From positions 36,518,001 to 36,582,000 of the forward strand of contig OX597827.1 in the NCBI GenBank assembly GCA_951406725.2: a stretch of 64,000 nt of DNA, read 5' to 3'. The DNA is from Octopus vulgaris. Its lineage: Eukaryota. Shown here piece after piece: positions 1 through 13,485 of the stretch. Within the stretch, counting starts at the first letter, position 1. Every line of letters begins with the position of its first letter. The position numbers and the translations under genes were made by a program. The notes below the pieces were generated by a model. The model did no database searches. It was not told the origin of the DNA and worked only from the letters and a program-made list of their open reading frames with translations.

Positions 1-384
1 TGGAAATAGGAGGTGCTGCAGTTCGGCAGTGCCTATACACGAGCCTCCACTGACACACACATACATCTTAATACAGCAATGCAGTATATTTTTATGAAAT
101 ATATACAGTATTCAACAGTCTAAATTTAAGCTAAAATACCTAATATAATGCCGTATGTAAATATGACAGCCATATGTAATAACTAATATCGTTGTGCTCT
201 GAATGGAATCTTTTGTTTCTAATATGCGTGTCCACTCTGCCCAATGCATGTATTGAGTCCACATTTGAGCTATGGGTCTTCACAGATCTACACTGGACAT
301 ATTTCACCCATCCCCCACATAAATATCATGTTTTAAAATTATAAACAATCATCGTATATTGACTACAGAAAATAGTCTAATACT

Positions 385-570
385 TGAATGCTTAGCGGCA
401 TTTCGTCCGTCTTTACGTTCTGAGTTCAAATTCTGCAGAGGTCGACTTTGCCTTTCATCCTTTCAGGTTCGATAAAGTAAGTACTAGTCGAGCACTGGGG
501 TCCATGTAATCGACTTACCCATCCCCGGAAAATGACCGACCTTGTGCCAAAATTGGAAACGAATATTAGT
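385..570 (+). mobile_element. tRNA-derived SINE with Nin-like domain (family A), single copy
   Basis: B-box-like GAGTTCAAAT followed by GCCTTTCATCCTTTC..GATAAA..AGTAC; shared with many copies in the window. Confidence 0.8.
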
Positions 571-1748
571 GATTATAAACCCCGTAACGGGGAAAAAATG
601 AGCATTAATATGCGTAGAAATCGAAAATAAGAAGTGTGATCGATTCTCACGCGTACTAATACTCAATTTTTTTTCCATGCGGGTGTTTATATGCCCTAAT
701 ACTAGACTATTTTCTATAGTCAACATTCTTTCGCCACCATTGAATCTTTACTGTTTGGCCGCCAATTTTTCAATGTCTTCAATTTTGTTCCAATTGATTT
801 CATATTTGGTGTATTGATGTAATTTTGTATGGTAATTATTGACATGTAATTCATTTTCGCCATAAATCAATAAGTAAAGAGTTAATAGCTTTTAAAGTTT
901 ACAAATTTTAGGTAATTTTAACCAATCGATAGCCTGACATATAGGTGCCTGTTTCCATACTAACAAGCCAAGTTGTCACCAAGCTGATGACCAACTGAAC
1001 AGTCAGTCGGGTGGTCAGTTTTCGCTTATTGAATGCTTAAAACACATGAGATGTGCTAACAATAACAGGTAACCAGGCCTTAAATCACGCACCAAAATTC
1101 TTTTTTGGGGGAGGGTTGGTGCATAATCGTATGAATTTCCGCGTGTAGAATAGAAATTTGCCTACATTTTCTGAAAATTCCAAAAAATTATATGGGGTTA
1201 TGTGGCGCGCGTAAAGCAGAATTCTGCCAAAATTTAATTTTTTTAGTTTGATATTAAAACATGTGCTATCGTTGCAATGTTGACAACACGTGCAGTCACG
1301 CACAAAATGGCGGCTTCCAAATCCTGTTTTCTGAGTGGGTAAAATGATCAAACTTTAGACTTCTGTACCTTTTTGAAAAAACTTTCTAGAACAAGTGAGA
1401 TTCATCGTGAAAAATTACATCAATACACCAAGTTTGGAAATTTTCACTTAATTTTAAAATTTCAAAAAGTGCAGCCAAATAGAAAAGATCCCCACCATTT
1501 CTTATTTCATGCAGAATTTTATAAATAATATCAATATGTAACATCAAATATTTAAATCTAATACCTATGTCATTGCAATATAAAACAATGTACGCCAGAT
1601 ATATCTAATAGAAAATACAAGCAAATACATAAAGAATTACGAATATTAAAATGAACAATTACGAGAATTAATATTTATTTTTATTGATATCCATATTTTT
1701 GCTGTATTTTACTTGTATATGCTTGAATGTATCTTTGCACACATACAC

Positions 1749-1806
<58 letters not shown>

Positions 1807-2369
1807 ACAAACACACACACATACACGCATTCACAGAAAAAGAGAGATAGAAAGAGAGAAGGTTGATTGAAAGAAGGAGTATAAAAGTGAGAGAGAAATG
1901 ATGGAAAAGATACGAGGCGAAATGCGGTCAATATGTGACCCCAAAAGGTCAGAGAGCCACGAGAAGAGACAGAAGGGGGAAGAAGAGAGAGAAGAGAGGT
2001 GGAGCATGTCTTGTGTTTGTGTGTGAGAGAGGGAAAGAGAAATGACTGTTAGATCAAGAATAAAAATTAGAAGGAGGGAAAGACAAATGAAATAAGGTCA
2101 CAAAGTGAAACCTTGAGGTCAAGGGACTTTTGACAATACGAAAGTTCTAATTTAGTAATTTCCTCATTTTTCTCTATTAAACAAACAGGGTTAATAAGGT
2201 TAAGGTCAACTTCAAGTTCTGTGTGAAGGACGATGTGACCTTATTGTCAACTTTAACACGTACGCATGCATACTTATACACACATACGTACATACACGTA
2301 CATAGACGCATGCACACACGTATGCATGTAGTCAACTCATGTCATTTTCTTCATTGTATATGCACCTAT

Positions 2370-2560
2370 TCTTTATTCAACGGAAGATACTTTATCCCTT
2401 TTCACAGCGGCCCTAAAAATGCCATTCTTTCCGCACACACACCGACTGGCAACAAAATCGTTCTGTCCAGTGATAAGATAATTTTTCGCGGCTTACCCTG
2501 GCCCGATCTCATACAGCCAGAACATGTGGTCTAGTTTGTGACTCTTTGACATAATTAGAA
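2370..2560 (+). pseudogene. Highly decayed Tc1-like transposase fragment
   Basis: Translation ...NAILSAHT...LPWPDLIQPEHVV resembles the Tc1 DNA.PH...LPWP..SPDL.PIEHVW motif. Confidence 0.4.
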
Positions 2561-3047
2561 TGAATAGTCGTGGTCTTCCCATGCTGCAACTACATTCTAA
2601 ACTGGATCTTTGCAATACGTAATACATCATTCCGTCAGAAACTCAAATATGAAGTTACCTGGATCCGTTCTCGACCAAAATAGATTAATCTTATTGACCT
2701 TGTACATATGTATGTTTACTTATATAAACATGACATTCGTGATTTTTGTAGCGATACATGGGGGCTAAGTGTTGGGTTAGTCACTGCCTAGTACGAGCAA
2801 GACTGAAGCTAATTGTTAGGGAAAAATTTACACCAAATAACAAAACTCCGATATCTTATAATAACTGTAGCTTTTCGTAAAGTTCTGAGAAATTCAGCAT
2901 CTGATGGTTCATCGTCAGACCTCAAACAAAAGGGTTGGTTCAATTAAAGTAACCTAGAAATATTTGAGCATATATCACACCACAACTTGTTCAATCCTAA
3001 ATTACCTGCAGAGGAATTTTCGAAGACAGAGAAATTAAGTGCCATAG

Positions 3048-3111
<64 letters not shown>

Positions 3112-3166
3112 TGAGACAATGAAGAACGCGTGATAGTTGACCAAATCTATAGTTATTCAACTAGAC

Positions 3167-3497
3167 CAGGGATTCTTCATTTTTTTTTATCTATGGACAC
3201 CTTTGATGACCATTTTATTTTGGTAAACCCCCATTCGAGGTTTAAAAACTAGTCTTATAGAATGTTATTTATCAATGCTTCCGCACATTAATTTATGTAG
3301 GCTGAACTATGTAAAATGTTAGAGAAAGAAACTTAGATGTTTCTTGCAATACATACCAATTCACACATCTAAAGCCAAATTTTTCGAGGACACTTAAAAT
3401 ACTATTGTAGATCCCCAATTTACTATTTTTTTGTGTGGACCCTAAAAATCTTATATGGACTTTCAGGGGTCATATGGACACTGATTGAGAACCACTG
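3167..3497. mobile_element. hAT-type MITE
   Basis: Ends CAGGGATTC.../...GAACCACTG with a perfect 8-bp TSD AACTAGAC at 3159-3166 and 3498-3505. Confidence 0.85.
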
Positions 3498-3850
3498 AAC
3501 TAGACTTTGATACTAAAAACAAAAATAAACCCCAAACAACAACGTACAACTTATCAAAACAAGTTTCGGGCTATTAATCAACTACTATTTCAGTCTGTTT
3601 CCACAGATCATTACCATTAAAGAGAATAATATGGAAAAATCTCAGGAACTGATGGTATACCAGCTGAGATTACTGTAGCCACCTGGTTCTACCATTTTTA
3701 AAAGTCAAGAATCAGCTCATCACTTTCTATTGAAAGAACTGACCAACTGTAAAGATATAAACAAATTTTTTCTTCTTTCTTCCTTCCTTCTTTCTTTCCT
3801 TCTCTTTTCCACTGACACTCCTTTCAGATGCACAGACACAGACACACACT

Positions 3851-3891
<41 letters not shown>

Positions 3892-3894
3892 TCT

Positions 3895-5825
3895 CTTATT
3901 TAGATCTAAGGATACATGGAAGAAATTGACAACCGTCAGGTTGGCATCTGTAGCTATGCTAAGACCGAAAGTTTTCATCAAATGGATAATGTCTTTCCTA
4001 AACTCATCCTGTGCTGGTCCACGACCTAGCTTTAACCGCAAATGCCAAATACCAACCGATCCCCTGCTGGTCCATTGGTATTTGCAGTTAAAGCTAGGTC
4101 ATGGACCAGCACAGGATCGGTTTAGGAAGGACATTATCCATTTGTTGAAAACTTTCAGTCTTAGCATAGCCACAGATACCAACCTGACGGTTATCAATTT
4201 CCTCGATGTATTCTTAGATCTAAATAAGAATATTTATAAACCTTATAGGAAGCCCAACGATAGACTTAGTTATATTAATGTGGGTTCCTGCCCCACCATA
4301 GTGTTTAAAAATTTAGTTAAAAACATTAACAAAAGAATTTCTAGCCTCTCCTCCAATAGGGACATTTTTAATAGCGTTGCCTCAGTATATAATAAGGCTC
4401 TAAAAGATAGTGGATTTAGCGAGGAAATAACCTATATACCTGCCACCAGTCCAATAATAAAGAAAAGGAAACATAGGTATAGGAGAACTATCTTATTCAC
4501 ACCCCCTACTCACCCGAAGTGACCGTTAATATAGGCAAGTATTTCTTAGTAATGATAGACAGGCATTTTCCAGTCAACCATACTTACAGAAAGCTCTTCA
4601 ATAGACATAACTTAAAAATCAGTTTCAGCTCAACTACTAATTTTAAAAATATAATCGCACACGACACACAAAAACCACAAAACGAAACCAGCTGTTCATG
4701 CAGGGATAAAAATGTGTGCCCGCTAAATGGAACTTGCATGTCCGAGTCCATCATTTATGAAGTACACGACGAAGAAATACGTGGGCTTTACAGAGGGTAA
4801 TTTCAAGGCCAGGTTCAATAATTACACCTTGAACTTCGGGCACTGGGATAAAAGGAAAACGACCAAATTATCCAGTCATATATGGTCCTTAAAAGATAAA
4901 GGTGTCAGTTACAACATCCATTGGAAGATCATAGCCCTACACCAACGGCAGTGGAAAGTACGGTCTTTGTGATATGGTAAGATGGCTCATCTAGAAAAGC
5001 AGCTTAGACCCCGCCACATGTCTAGATTCAAGAACTGAACTTTTCGGATCATGTCCATATGTGGCTAAATATTTGTTACGTTTTTGGTCATTCCGAGATT
5101 ACAGATAGGACATGCTTTTAATATTGTCCACGTACAAGCTTTTTATCTCTCTATACTTTTTACTTATATTTCTTATATATTCTTTATATATTTTTTTACA
5201 TATTTATAGAGATATTGTTTTATAGTTTTGTTGCAAATATATTTTTTACACATTATTTTTCTGCATTCTACCTTCCACCCTGCATTTTTCCTGTGCGTAT
5301 ATAGACGTGTATACGGAATTTTTTGTGCGCGCGTGTGGATCTGTGCGTGTGTGCGGGTATGTGCGTGTATAGACGTGTGTGTGTGCGAGCGTGTATGTGG
5401 GTATGTATATATTTTTGACAAATGTGTGGGTGAGCATGAGTGTTTCAATTGAGGATGGATGAGTATATACATATAAGCGCATGCACGTGGGTGTGCGGGC
5501 GGGCATGTTTATGTATAGACATGCACGCTTAGGCTTTTACTATGAACATTTTTACTCCCTTACCTTTACTCCCTCCCCTTACTTAGCAGTCATTCTAATA
5601 GCTCTTTTGTCTTAATAACGGTCAATCACACAGTAATTTCCCTTTGTTTTAACGGTCACTTTCATAGCCTTTTTTTGCGATGGCCCGATAACTGAAGACA
5701 TCCGAAACTCGGAGTTTTATCACGGCTACGGAATAATTGTCACATATATTTACAGATAAATTCCTCTATTTACATAATATCGAGGTCTCTTTCATTCTTT
5801 TGTTGTCTTGCCATTTCTATCAATA
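3895..5825 (+). mobile_element. 5'-truncated Penelope-like retroelement (RT thumb, linker, GIY-YIG endonuclease, pLTR), frameshifted
   Basis: ORFs 3926-4972 give NFLDVFLDL..YKPYRKPND, KLFNRHNLKISFS, CSCRDKNVCPLNGTC..SIIYEV and KYVGFTEGNFKARFNNY, typical of Penelope-like RT plus GIY-YIG (Cys-rich linker suggests Neptune-like). The 3' region carries an HHR and ends in TA repeats. Confidence 0.9.
5685..5725 (+). ncRNA. Minimal type I hammerhead ribozyme motif in the Penelope pLTR
   Basis: GATAA-CTGAAGA-catcc-GAAAC-TCGGA-GTT-TTATC: helix I GATAA/TTATC, palindromic helix III ACTC-G-GAGT; helix II essentially missing. Confidence 0.65.
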
Positions 5826-6033
5826 TATATATTTCCGTGTTGCCTTCCGGAAGGTAACACTAGAAGTCTATGACTTATTTCCCTTTCCTATACCTAATCC
5901 ATCTTACTAAGTTGTTCTCTTCTCACACTCTAAGTTTTGCTTCTATTCTTATTATGCCCTCTTGAATAAGAAAAATATACTGTACCTATTGGTAACTGAT
6001 TCTTGTATGTATTGGCTCTCCTAACCATTTAGA

Positions 6034-6150
6034 CCTTCTGAAGAAGCCTAGAGGCGCACTCAATATCCGCACTTTATCTACCCATCTGTACAGGATGGAG
6101 ATAGCATGGAGGATATATATAGTGGCTTCTTGGCAGAAACGGCCGTAAGG
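6034..6150 (+). ncRNA. Type I hammerhead ribozyme motif with long helix II
   Basis: CCTT-CTGAAGA-a-GCCTAGAGGC...GCTTCTTGGC-a-GAAAC-GGCC-GTA-AGG; palindromic helix III ACGGCCGT. Confidence 0.7.
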
Positions 6151-6269
6151 AACTGATCTCTTACTCTTTTATGTATTACTAGTGTGTAACACAGTCTTTG
6201 CATGTATATGTATTCTCATAATACTTCCATATATTTTAGAATAAATACACAAAACAGAATGCATTTCCA

Positions 6270-8910
6270 TTTTCGGCGATGCCTTCAGGTTTGTGGACGT
6301 ACCAAATTTTTGCTCTGTCAAGTCCATACTTGTTGCAAAGTGTCCAATGGACAAACCTGGTTATATTGTCGTGACGTCACTTATATTCCTTCTGGGCTAG
6401 TGGCGTACATTGGCTGGTGATATGCCATACGGTTTCACCGTTTTGTCCACTTTCTGCTGTGTTGTCTATTCTGTATTTTATGTAGTTTGTTCTTAGTGCT
6501 TGCTCTTGGGCAGCACAGATTGGAGCCTCCGTTTCCGGTTTTAAATCACTTTTAGTCATCCACAGCCATCTTTTTTTCTCAGTCTGCCTTATCTTCAACA
6601 TCTCTGTGAAATTGACCATGCATTCTTTTCTTTACCCACCTATTTTCAGTTTCATTCGTTTTCAATTTCTTATATAGTACTTTATCTTTGCAATCTTTCA
6701 TCCTACACAAGCCTGACTTCTTACTTCTAATAATAGCGGTTATGTGGCATTTTTTACATACCATGCTATGCTTTTTTCTTCTGCTCTAATGCTGTGTTCG
6801 CATTCAATAAGTCCTCTTCCCCTCTTTTCTTGGTACATACAGTCTGTCTGTGTCACTTTTTGGGTGGAGTGACCCATATCTAATTACCAGCTTCCTTGTC
6901 TTTCTGTCTAAGCTGTTTAGTTCGTCTACTTGTCCATGCGATTACCCCTGCTCCATATCTAAGAAATGGAACCGCCCAGGAGTTGATATCTTCAATCTTA
7001 TTCCGTCTGTTTAATTTCGACTTAAGGATCAGTCTCAGTCTGCACAAGTATTCCACCTTAAATTTTTCTGTCATTTCTTTCTCCATCAATTTATCCATTT
7101 CCAAAATCCCCAAGTACTTATAGTCTGCCTCTTTTATCTGCTTCATAACCTCCCCCGACGGTATCCTTAGCTCGTTTATACATTTGGTTTTTCCTCTCTT
7201 CAAGTCTAACACACCAAACATTATCAGTCCGAGTTCCAGTCTGATATCAGCACTGAAAGTATACACCATATAAACGAGGGAACTGACTTGGGCTTCATCT
7301 TTACCATAAAGTTTGAGGTCATCCATGAATAACAAATGGCTGACTTTTTGTTGGTGGCTTTTCAATACATACCCAGCTTTTGCTTTCCTCAGAATCAGTG
7401 TTAGTGGTATCAAGCACAGTACAAAGATCAGTGGGGACAGGCAGTCCCCTTGAAAGATCCCCTCCTAATTTCTACTGTCCCTAAACTTCTTCCGTATGCT
7501 GTCAGGTCCGTCCTCCAAGTCATACTTTTTACAAGCAATCGCTCAACATTCGATGCAATACTAAATAGGTTCATACACTCCATAATCCAAGAATGTGGGA
7601 TCATATCGTACGCCTTACGATAGTCGATCTATGACATGGCTAAGTTACTTTTCCTCCTCTTGCAGTCTCTAAGTACAGCTTTGTCTATCAGGAGTTGATT
7701 CTTGGTACCTCTGCACTTACGCTTGCAACCCTTCTACCCATGTGGCAAGACTCCATTTTTTCCAGATGTTCGTACTTTGACTCTGCGAGTATTCCAGTCA
7801 ATAACTTCCACATAAGTGGCAAGCAGGATATCGGCCTGTAATTGTCTACCGTATTGCGTTTTTCGATATTTTTCAGGCACAGTACTGGACTACCCATTCG
7901 TGCATGACACTCACCAAATCTTTTGATCCAGTAGCCTTGAATTCCATCTGGACCCGGGGCCTTCTAGTTGTTCATTTTTTGCTGATTTCCTTCACTTCCT
8001 AACTGAAATGACTAGTTCTGCCTGTTTTGGACAGACTAATGTTTGTTTCAGTTCTCGTGCTTCTTGTCTTTGCTTCAGATGTCACTCCAAAACACATGAC
8101 TTTCAATGTTATCTGGTATCAACTTTTCATTTGTACACTCTCCATTTATTTCTATATAGAATCTCTTCTGAATAACCTATTCTGGAGGTAATCCTTCATT
8201 CATTGGTCGTATCTTACTATCTTTGCTTTCTTTGCAACGAGGCGCTGTTTCAGGTCCTCCATTACTACTTTCAGACCCTTTCTTTCAATATTATACTTGC
8301 TTTTCAGCGCCCTGTATTTTGTTCGTTCCCCTTTCTCTTTTCGGTCTAACATAGAGATTTCCTTCGAGAGCATGTCTAACCCTGCCTGGATTCTTCTTTT
8401 CCACCATGGATATTTTCTTTTGTCACTCTTGTTTCTTTTTGTTGACTTCAACACCTACATTTTCTGCTACAACAATACTTGCTGTCTTGATCAAATTATT
8501 TGTTCCTGTGATGTTGTTTGTTCTGATGTATTTCAGAATTTCATTGGCGTTTTTCGTTTCTTGGTTCAATTTCCATCGATAAACCTTTCTAAGGTTGCAA
8601 ATAATATTGCTATCGCTTTCCTGTAATCTTACCTTTATTCTGTCGTAGATTGCCTTTTGTTCATCTGTCATGTTGCCATTGGTTTTATTGTCTTCTTTTA
8701 GATCATCCATATGTCTCTCATCAAGTTAACTACCACTGCTCCTTTCCTGTGCTATGAGATTACTCTTATTAGTAAGAACTGTATTTTCATTGTCATCTCT
8801 GCTGCTATTTTCCATGACCCGTCTTTTGATAGCTTCGGGCTCTACTTCTGTGAACCAACAATTTTTTCTTATTGCTCTAACTTGATCACATAGTCTCTGT
8901 TCCGTGATAT
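6270..8910 (-). mobile_element. Decayed R4/Dong-clade non-LTR retrotransposon (RT and zinc-knuckle region)
   Basis: Fragments [72 protein letters not shown] and RHDN, broken by stops and frameshifts; 5' end abuts (TAA)n. Confidence 0.88.
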
Positions 8911-9021
8911 TGTTATTATTATTATTAATAATAATAATAATAATTATTATTATTATCATTATTATTATTATCATCATCATCATCATCATCATCATTATTA
9001 TTATTATTTATTATTATTATT

Positions 9022-9425
9022 GAGTAAGAGAGCCCTGTATACCCATTATAACTACCCGTCTGATAAAGGTACACTAAGCACATGCATCACAACCATATGT
9101 GCGCGACATGGTGATCTCATATCAAGATAAACAGCACATGACCTTGCAGGTGGGGCCCAGTTATAATTTTCTTCTGGTGGAGTAACTCATCCCTCTCAAA
9201 AGTTCCCTGAATAAGGGCTGTTTAAAAATGTTGAACGAAATACCCATATTTCCAGAGGTGAATTATTCAAACCCCAAAGAATCCTTCTCAACACATGGCT
9301 ATGATGCTCCCCCACTACTTCTGCTCGTGATCAGAGATGCACATATCGTCAGCCACTAAGGGACATGGTCAACTGGTTAAGGTCAAACAGCTGACAAGCA
9401 AGTCTGCAGTATTGAGCAGAATATT
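9022..9425 (-). mobile_element. ~0.5-kb non-coding interspersed element bounded by (TAA)n, partial copy
   Basis: Reverse complement of the copies at 35090-35596 and 35655-36147; TAA tracts on both sides. Confidence 0.8.
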
Positions 9426-9452
9426 TTATTATTATTATTATTATTATTACTA

Positions 9453-9536
<84 letters not shown>

Positions 9537-10020
9537 CTGAGGTTTTATTGTGGACTCTTGCACGCGTAGCGGGCTTGCTGCTTGCAGCCTCCGGTACCAT
9601 GCTATCTGTTCTTTTAAACTAATACTTCCCTGATCATTCTGGCAGTGCCAAGGAGGCCAAACCTTTTGTAACAGCTCTACTGGGCACTCTATTCCAATTT
9701 CCTCTATATTTCTCTTCATGCCTTCTGATACTGTCCCCAAAGAACCAACAATAACACTATCTTCACCTACTTCATTTTCCATAGCCGGGATATTTCGTAC
9801 TGAAGAGAATTGTGTATATCTATTTTTTCGCCTTCCAACTATATAGCACATGTGGTGCATCTTGCCCACCACCACCACTAGGTCCGATCTGTTATGTTCT
9901 AGCACCTGATCTGTTTGGATTGGGAAATTCCAGAGCATTCTGCCGGTCTCCGACTCTGCAGTGTGTACTCATACCACGAGGCTTCACTTTTCGCACAGTT
10001 TCCAATGTAGCACTTTCGCT
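9537..10020 (-). mobile_element. 3' end of R4/Dong-type LINE (restriction-like endonuclease and 3' UTR) ending in (TAA)n
   Basis: LWNFPIQTDQVLEHNRSDLVVV, IVGSLGTV, LLQKV motifs; 3' UTR ...CACAATAAAACCTCAGA(TAA)n. Confidence 0.85.
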
Positions 10021-10652
10021 ACTTCATCCTGTTGCCACAACTTGTAATGGTCATGGGCAAAGTAGGGTATTCGTTCGCAATATGGGCAGGGGTTTCGTCC
10101 ACTCTATTATAGATCCACAGTGGATGTGTGTGTGTGTGATTTATGCACATTACCTGGTATCAGTTACTATCCCCTGTAATTCAATCTGTCGTAGATTGCC
10201 TTTTTGACTCATTCCAATTTTTCGGTATTTAGATACTCTTGAATCATAGTATACAAATGCTCTATTTCATTGAGATGTCTTATTATGTCAAAACTGTATT
10301 TTCTTGTCTACTGCTGTTTTTCCAACATTTTTCTTATTGGTAGTTAACTATTAATTCTTTCTAGCAGATAGTGCCTGTGTGATTATTGTTATATTATTAT
10401 TATTAATTAATAATATTATTATTATTTATTATTATTATCATCATCATCATTATTATTATTATTATTATTTATTATTATTGAGGTAATACTGTATACATTA
10501 TAACTATCTCTGATAAAGGTATTCACATGCATCACAAATATGTGCGCGACATGTATGTATATCAAGATAAAAGCACTGACAGCAGGTGGGCCCAGTTATA
10601 ATTTTCTTCTAATAAATGAATTATATCTAATGACCATTATTTTTAACTTGTT

Positions 10653-10742
<90 letters not shown>

Positions 10743-10832
10743 CGACAAACTGCGTGTGACGACAAAAGTGTCAAACCTTAATATCATTGAAAATGGCGGA
10801 GAAATTTTTATTATTATTATTATTATTATTAC

Positions 10833-10916
<84 letters not shown>

Positions 10917-11278
10917 CTGAGGTTTTATTGTGGACTCTTGCACGCGTAGCGGGCTTGCTGCTTGCAGCCTCCGGTACCATGCTATCTGTTCTTTTAAACT
11001 AATACTTCCCTGATCATTCTGGCAGTGCCAAGGAGGCCAAACCTTTTGTAACAGCTCTACTGGGCACTCTATTCCAATTTCCTCTATATTTCTCTTCATG
11101 CCTTCTGATACTGTCCCCAAAGAACCAACAATAATTGACACTATCTTCACCTACTTCATTTTCCATAGCCGGGATATTTCGTACTGAAGAGAATTGTGTA
11201 TATCTATTTTTTCGCCTTCCAACTATATAGCACATGTGGTGCATCTTGCCCACCACCACCACTAGGTCCGATCTGTTT
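10917..11278 (-). mobile_element. Near-identical second copy of the R4/Dong 3' end
   Basis: Matches 9537-9895 almost base for base, including the preceding ATT tract. Confidence 0.85.
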
Positions 11279-11636
11279 TGTGGTTTTTTAAAGTCGTATG
11301 AGTTTAGGTTGGTTTCAATAATGGAGAGCGCAATTGAAAGGAAACGTCACTTCGAAAAAGCTGGTATTTACTTGCCAGCTCTCGTATTTAGTCACGGCCA
11401 GCTTTATTTGGTACAAGAAGGAAAGAAAACTTTAAAATTCTTTTGAAGGAAACAAGTAGTTAGTTGCGGATAGATTTTCCCAAAAAATTGGTAATAAAAG
11501 AATTTATTAAACTAAAAACTTGGTTTTGTACCTTATTTATAAGCTTAAAACTTATAAGCAATCACCGTGTATTGACTAAAGAAAATAATCTAATATTGGG
11601 GCATGTAAGCCATCGACAGACAAAAAAGTGGGTTTT

Positions 11637-11712
11637 CCGTACGCGTAGAACTCGAACCTACACCTGTGTGTTTTCGCGACCAGCGTGCTACCATTTACAC
11701 CAACGAACCCAC
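11637..11712 (-). mobile_element. tRNA-like SINE head within a dispersed repeat
   Basis: A-box TGGTGTAAATGG and B-box GGTTCGAGTTC on the minus strand; flank repeated at about 11860-11990, 13560-13690 and related to 335-385. Confidence 0.55.
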
Positions 11713-11790
11713 CGTCACCTGAGTTAGGTTAAGAACTATAATTTCATAGTGTCGTTTTCTAAACAAGCTATCATGTGGTTAATAATGATA

Positions 11791-11834
<44 letters not shown>

Positions 11835-12631
11835 AATAATAATAATAATAATAATATTTTAAAGTTTAAAGCTTATAGGGCGATCAATGTGTATTGGTTA
11901 AAGAAAATAATCTAACATTGGGGCATATATGCCCTCATCAGGAAAAAGTTCATTTTCAGTGCGCGTAGGACTCGAACCTACACCTCTGTGTTAACCCACT
12001 TTTTATAAAAACCACACTACGAATTTATAGTTCTTAATGTGACAGAAACGAGCTTTAAGATTATAAAATATTATTTACAGAATTGTGAAATTCGGCACCG
12101 CTTTTCAGAAACATCGCAGAAAACGGACTAGCTTACGTCTAGATAAATATTTATATTTAAATTCTATGTAAACAGGAGATATTGGATATAGAAATCACGC
12201 TTTATTACCTAATACTATGACTCATCTGCACTACAAACAGCAAATATTGTTAATAAATGAATTAGTTATGCTAGGCATTAATCGTCAACGGTGTATATAT
12301 TTCCACCACACACACACACACACACACACAAGAACACAACTCGACACCCAGACCAGGAAGCGAAACCATAATCTTATGATCATTAGTCCCACACCCTAAC
12401 CAGTAAGCCACGCGCCTCCACTATATCATATATATATACAATAAATTTATTACATTACATCCGCATTATTACACCCCAACACAAGCGAATGGAGACTACT
12501 TCATGTAGAAACGCAGTGTTTGCTAACTTAAACCATATTTCATACTTCGCAGAATACCTTAGCACATTGAAAAAGTAAAGCATCGCTTATATTGTTAATC
12601 ACAACCATACATACATACATACATACATACA

Positions 12632-12710
<79 letters not shown>

Positions 12711-12713
<3 letters not shown>

Positions 12714-12900
12714 ATAGAAGGAGCTTCTACAGGACTAGAACTGTTTCATTCAAATGAAATCTTCAGGGCTTCCTGAAGATTTCATTTGAATGAAACAGTT
12801 CTAGTCCTGTAGAAGCTCCTTCTATAAAATAAATTAATTTACTCTGCTATGTATTGAGTACCTTATTTACTGTGGTTAACCCCGACTCAACCCGGGACCT
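12711..12900 (+). mobile_element. ~190-bp fold-back element with HHR core (hairpin family H1)
   Basis: Perfect ~57-bp inverted arms; the right arm reads CTGAAGA-tttcatttgaat-GAAAC-agttcta-GTC; then a 70-bp tail ending CCCGGGACCT(A); flanked by TA repeats. Confidence 0.85.
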
Positions 12901-13172
12901 ATATATATATATAGATATAGATATATACTCACACACTCACACACACACATACATATATGTGTGTATATGCATTTATTTAAATATACATAAATGTAAGTAA
13001 TTCTTCTAGAATATTTTTAAAATACGTTTTCATTAGTGCAAGCATTTGATATAAAAGTTAATACGTTGATTAGAGTGGAATGGTATGATTATTAAAAAGA
13101 CTTATTATAAGAATAAATGAATATATCAAGTGTATATGTGTACTTCATATACGTAAACACATGTATATAAAT

Positions 13173-13207
<35 letters not shown>

Positions 13208-13218
13208 CATGTATATAT

Positions 13219-13277
<59 letters not shown>

Positions 13278-13323
13278 CATATATATATATATGTGCATAT
13301 ACATATATATATATATACATATA

Positions 13324-13440
13324 TGTAGGTCCCGGGTTGATTCGGGGTTAACCACAGTAAATAAGGTATCAATACATAGCTCCTGAAGATTTCTCTTGAA
13401 TGAAACAGTTCTAGTCCTGTAGAAGCTCCTTCTATATAAT
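13324..13440 (-). mobile_element. H1 copy with one arm deleted (duplicated at about 15072-15185)
   Basis: Reverse-complement tail joined through AGC microhomology directly to the CCTGAAGA arm. Confidence 0.8.
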
Positions 13441-13442
13441 AA

Positions 13443-13485
<43 letters not shown>

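Noticed and set aside
1-60. Possible acceptor for Hhex exon 2 at the window edge
   Set aside because: No polypyrimidine tract, and phase-1 translations hit a stop or show no Hhex similarity; cannot be judged at the edge.
11637-11712. Possible tRNA gene
   Set aside because: A and B boxes are present but there is no convincing cloverleaf; part of a dispersed repeat.
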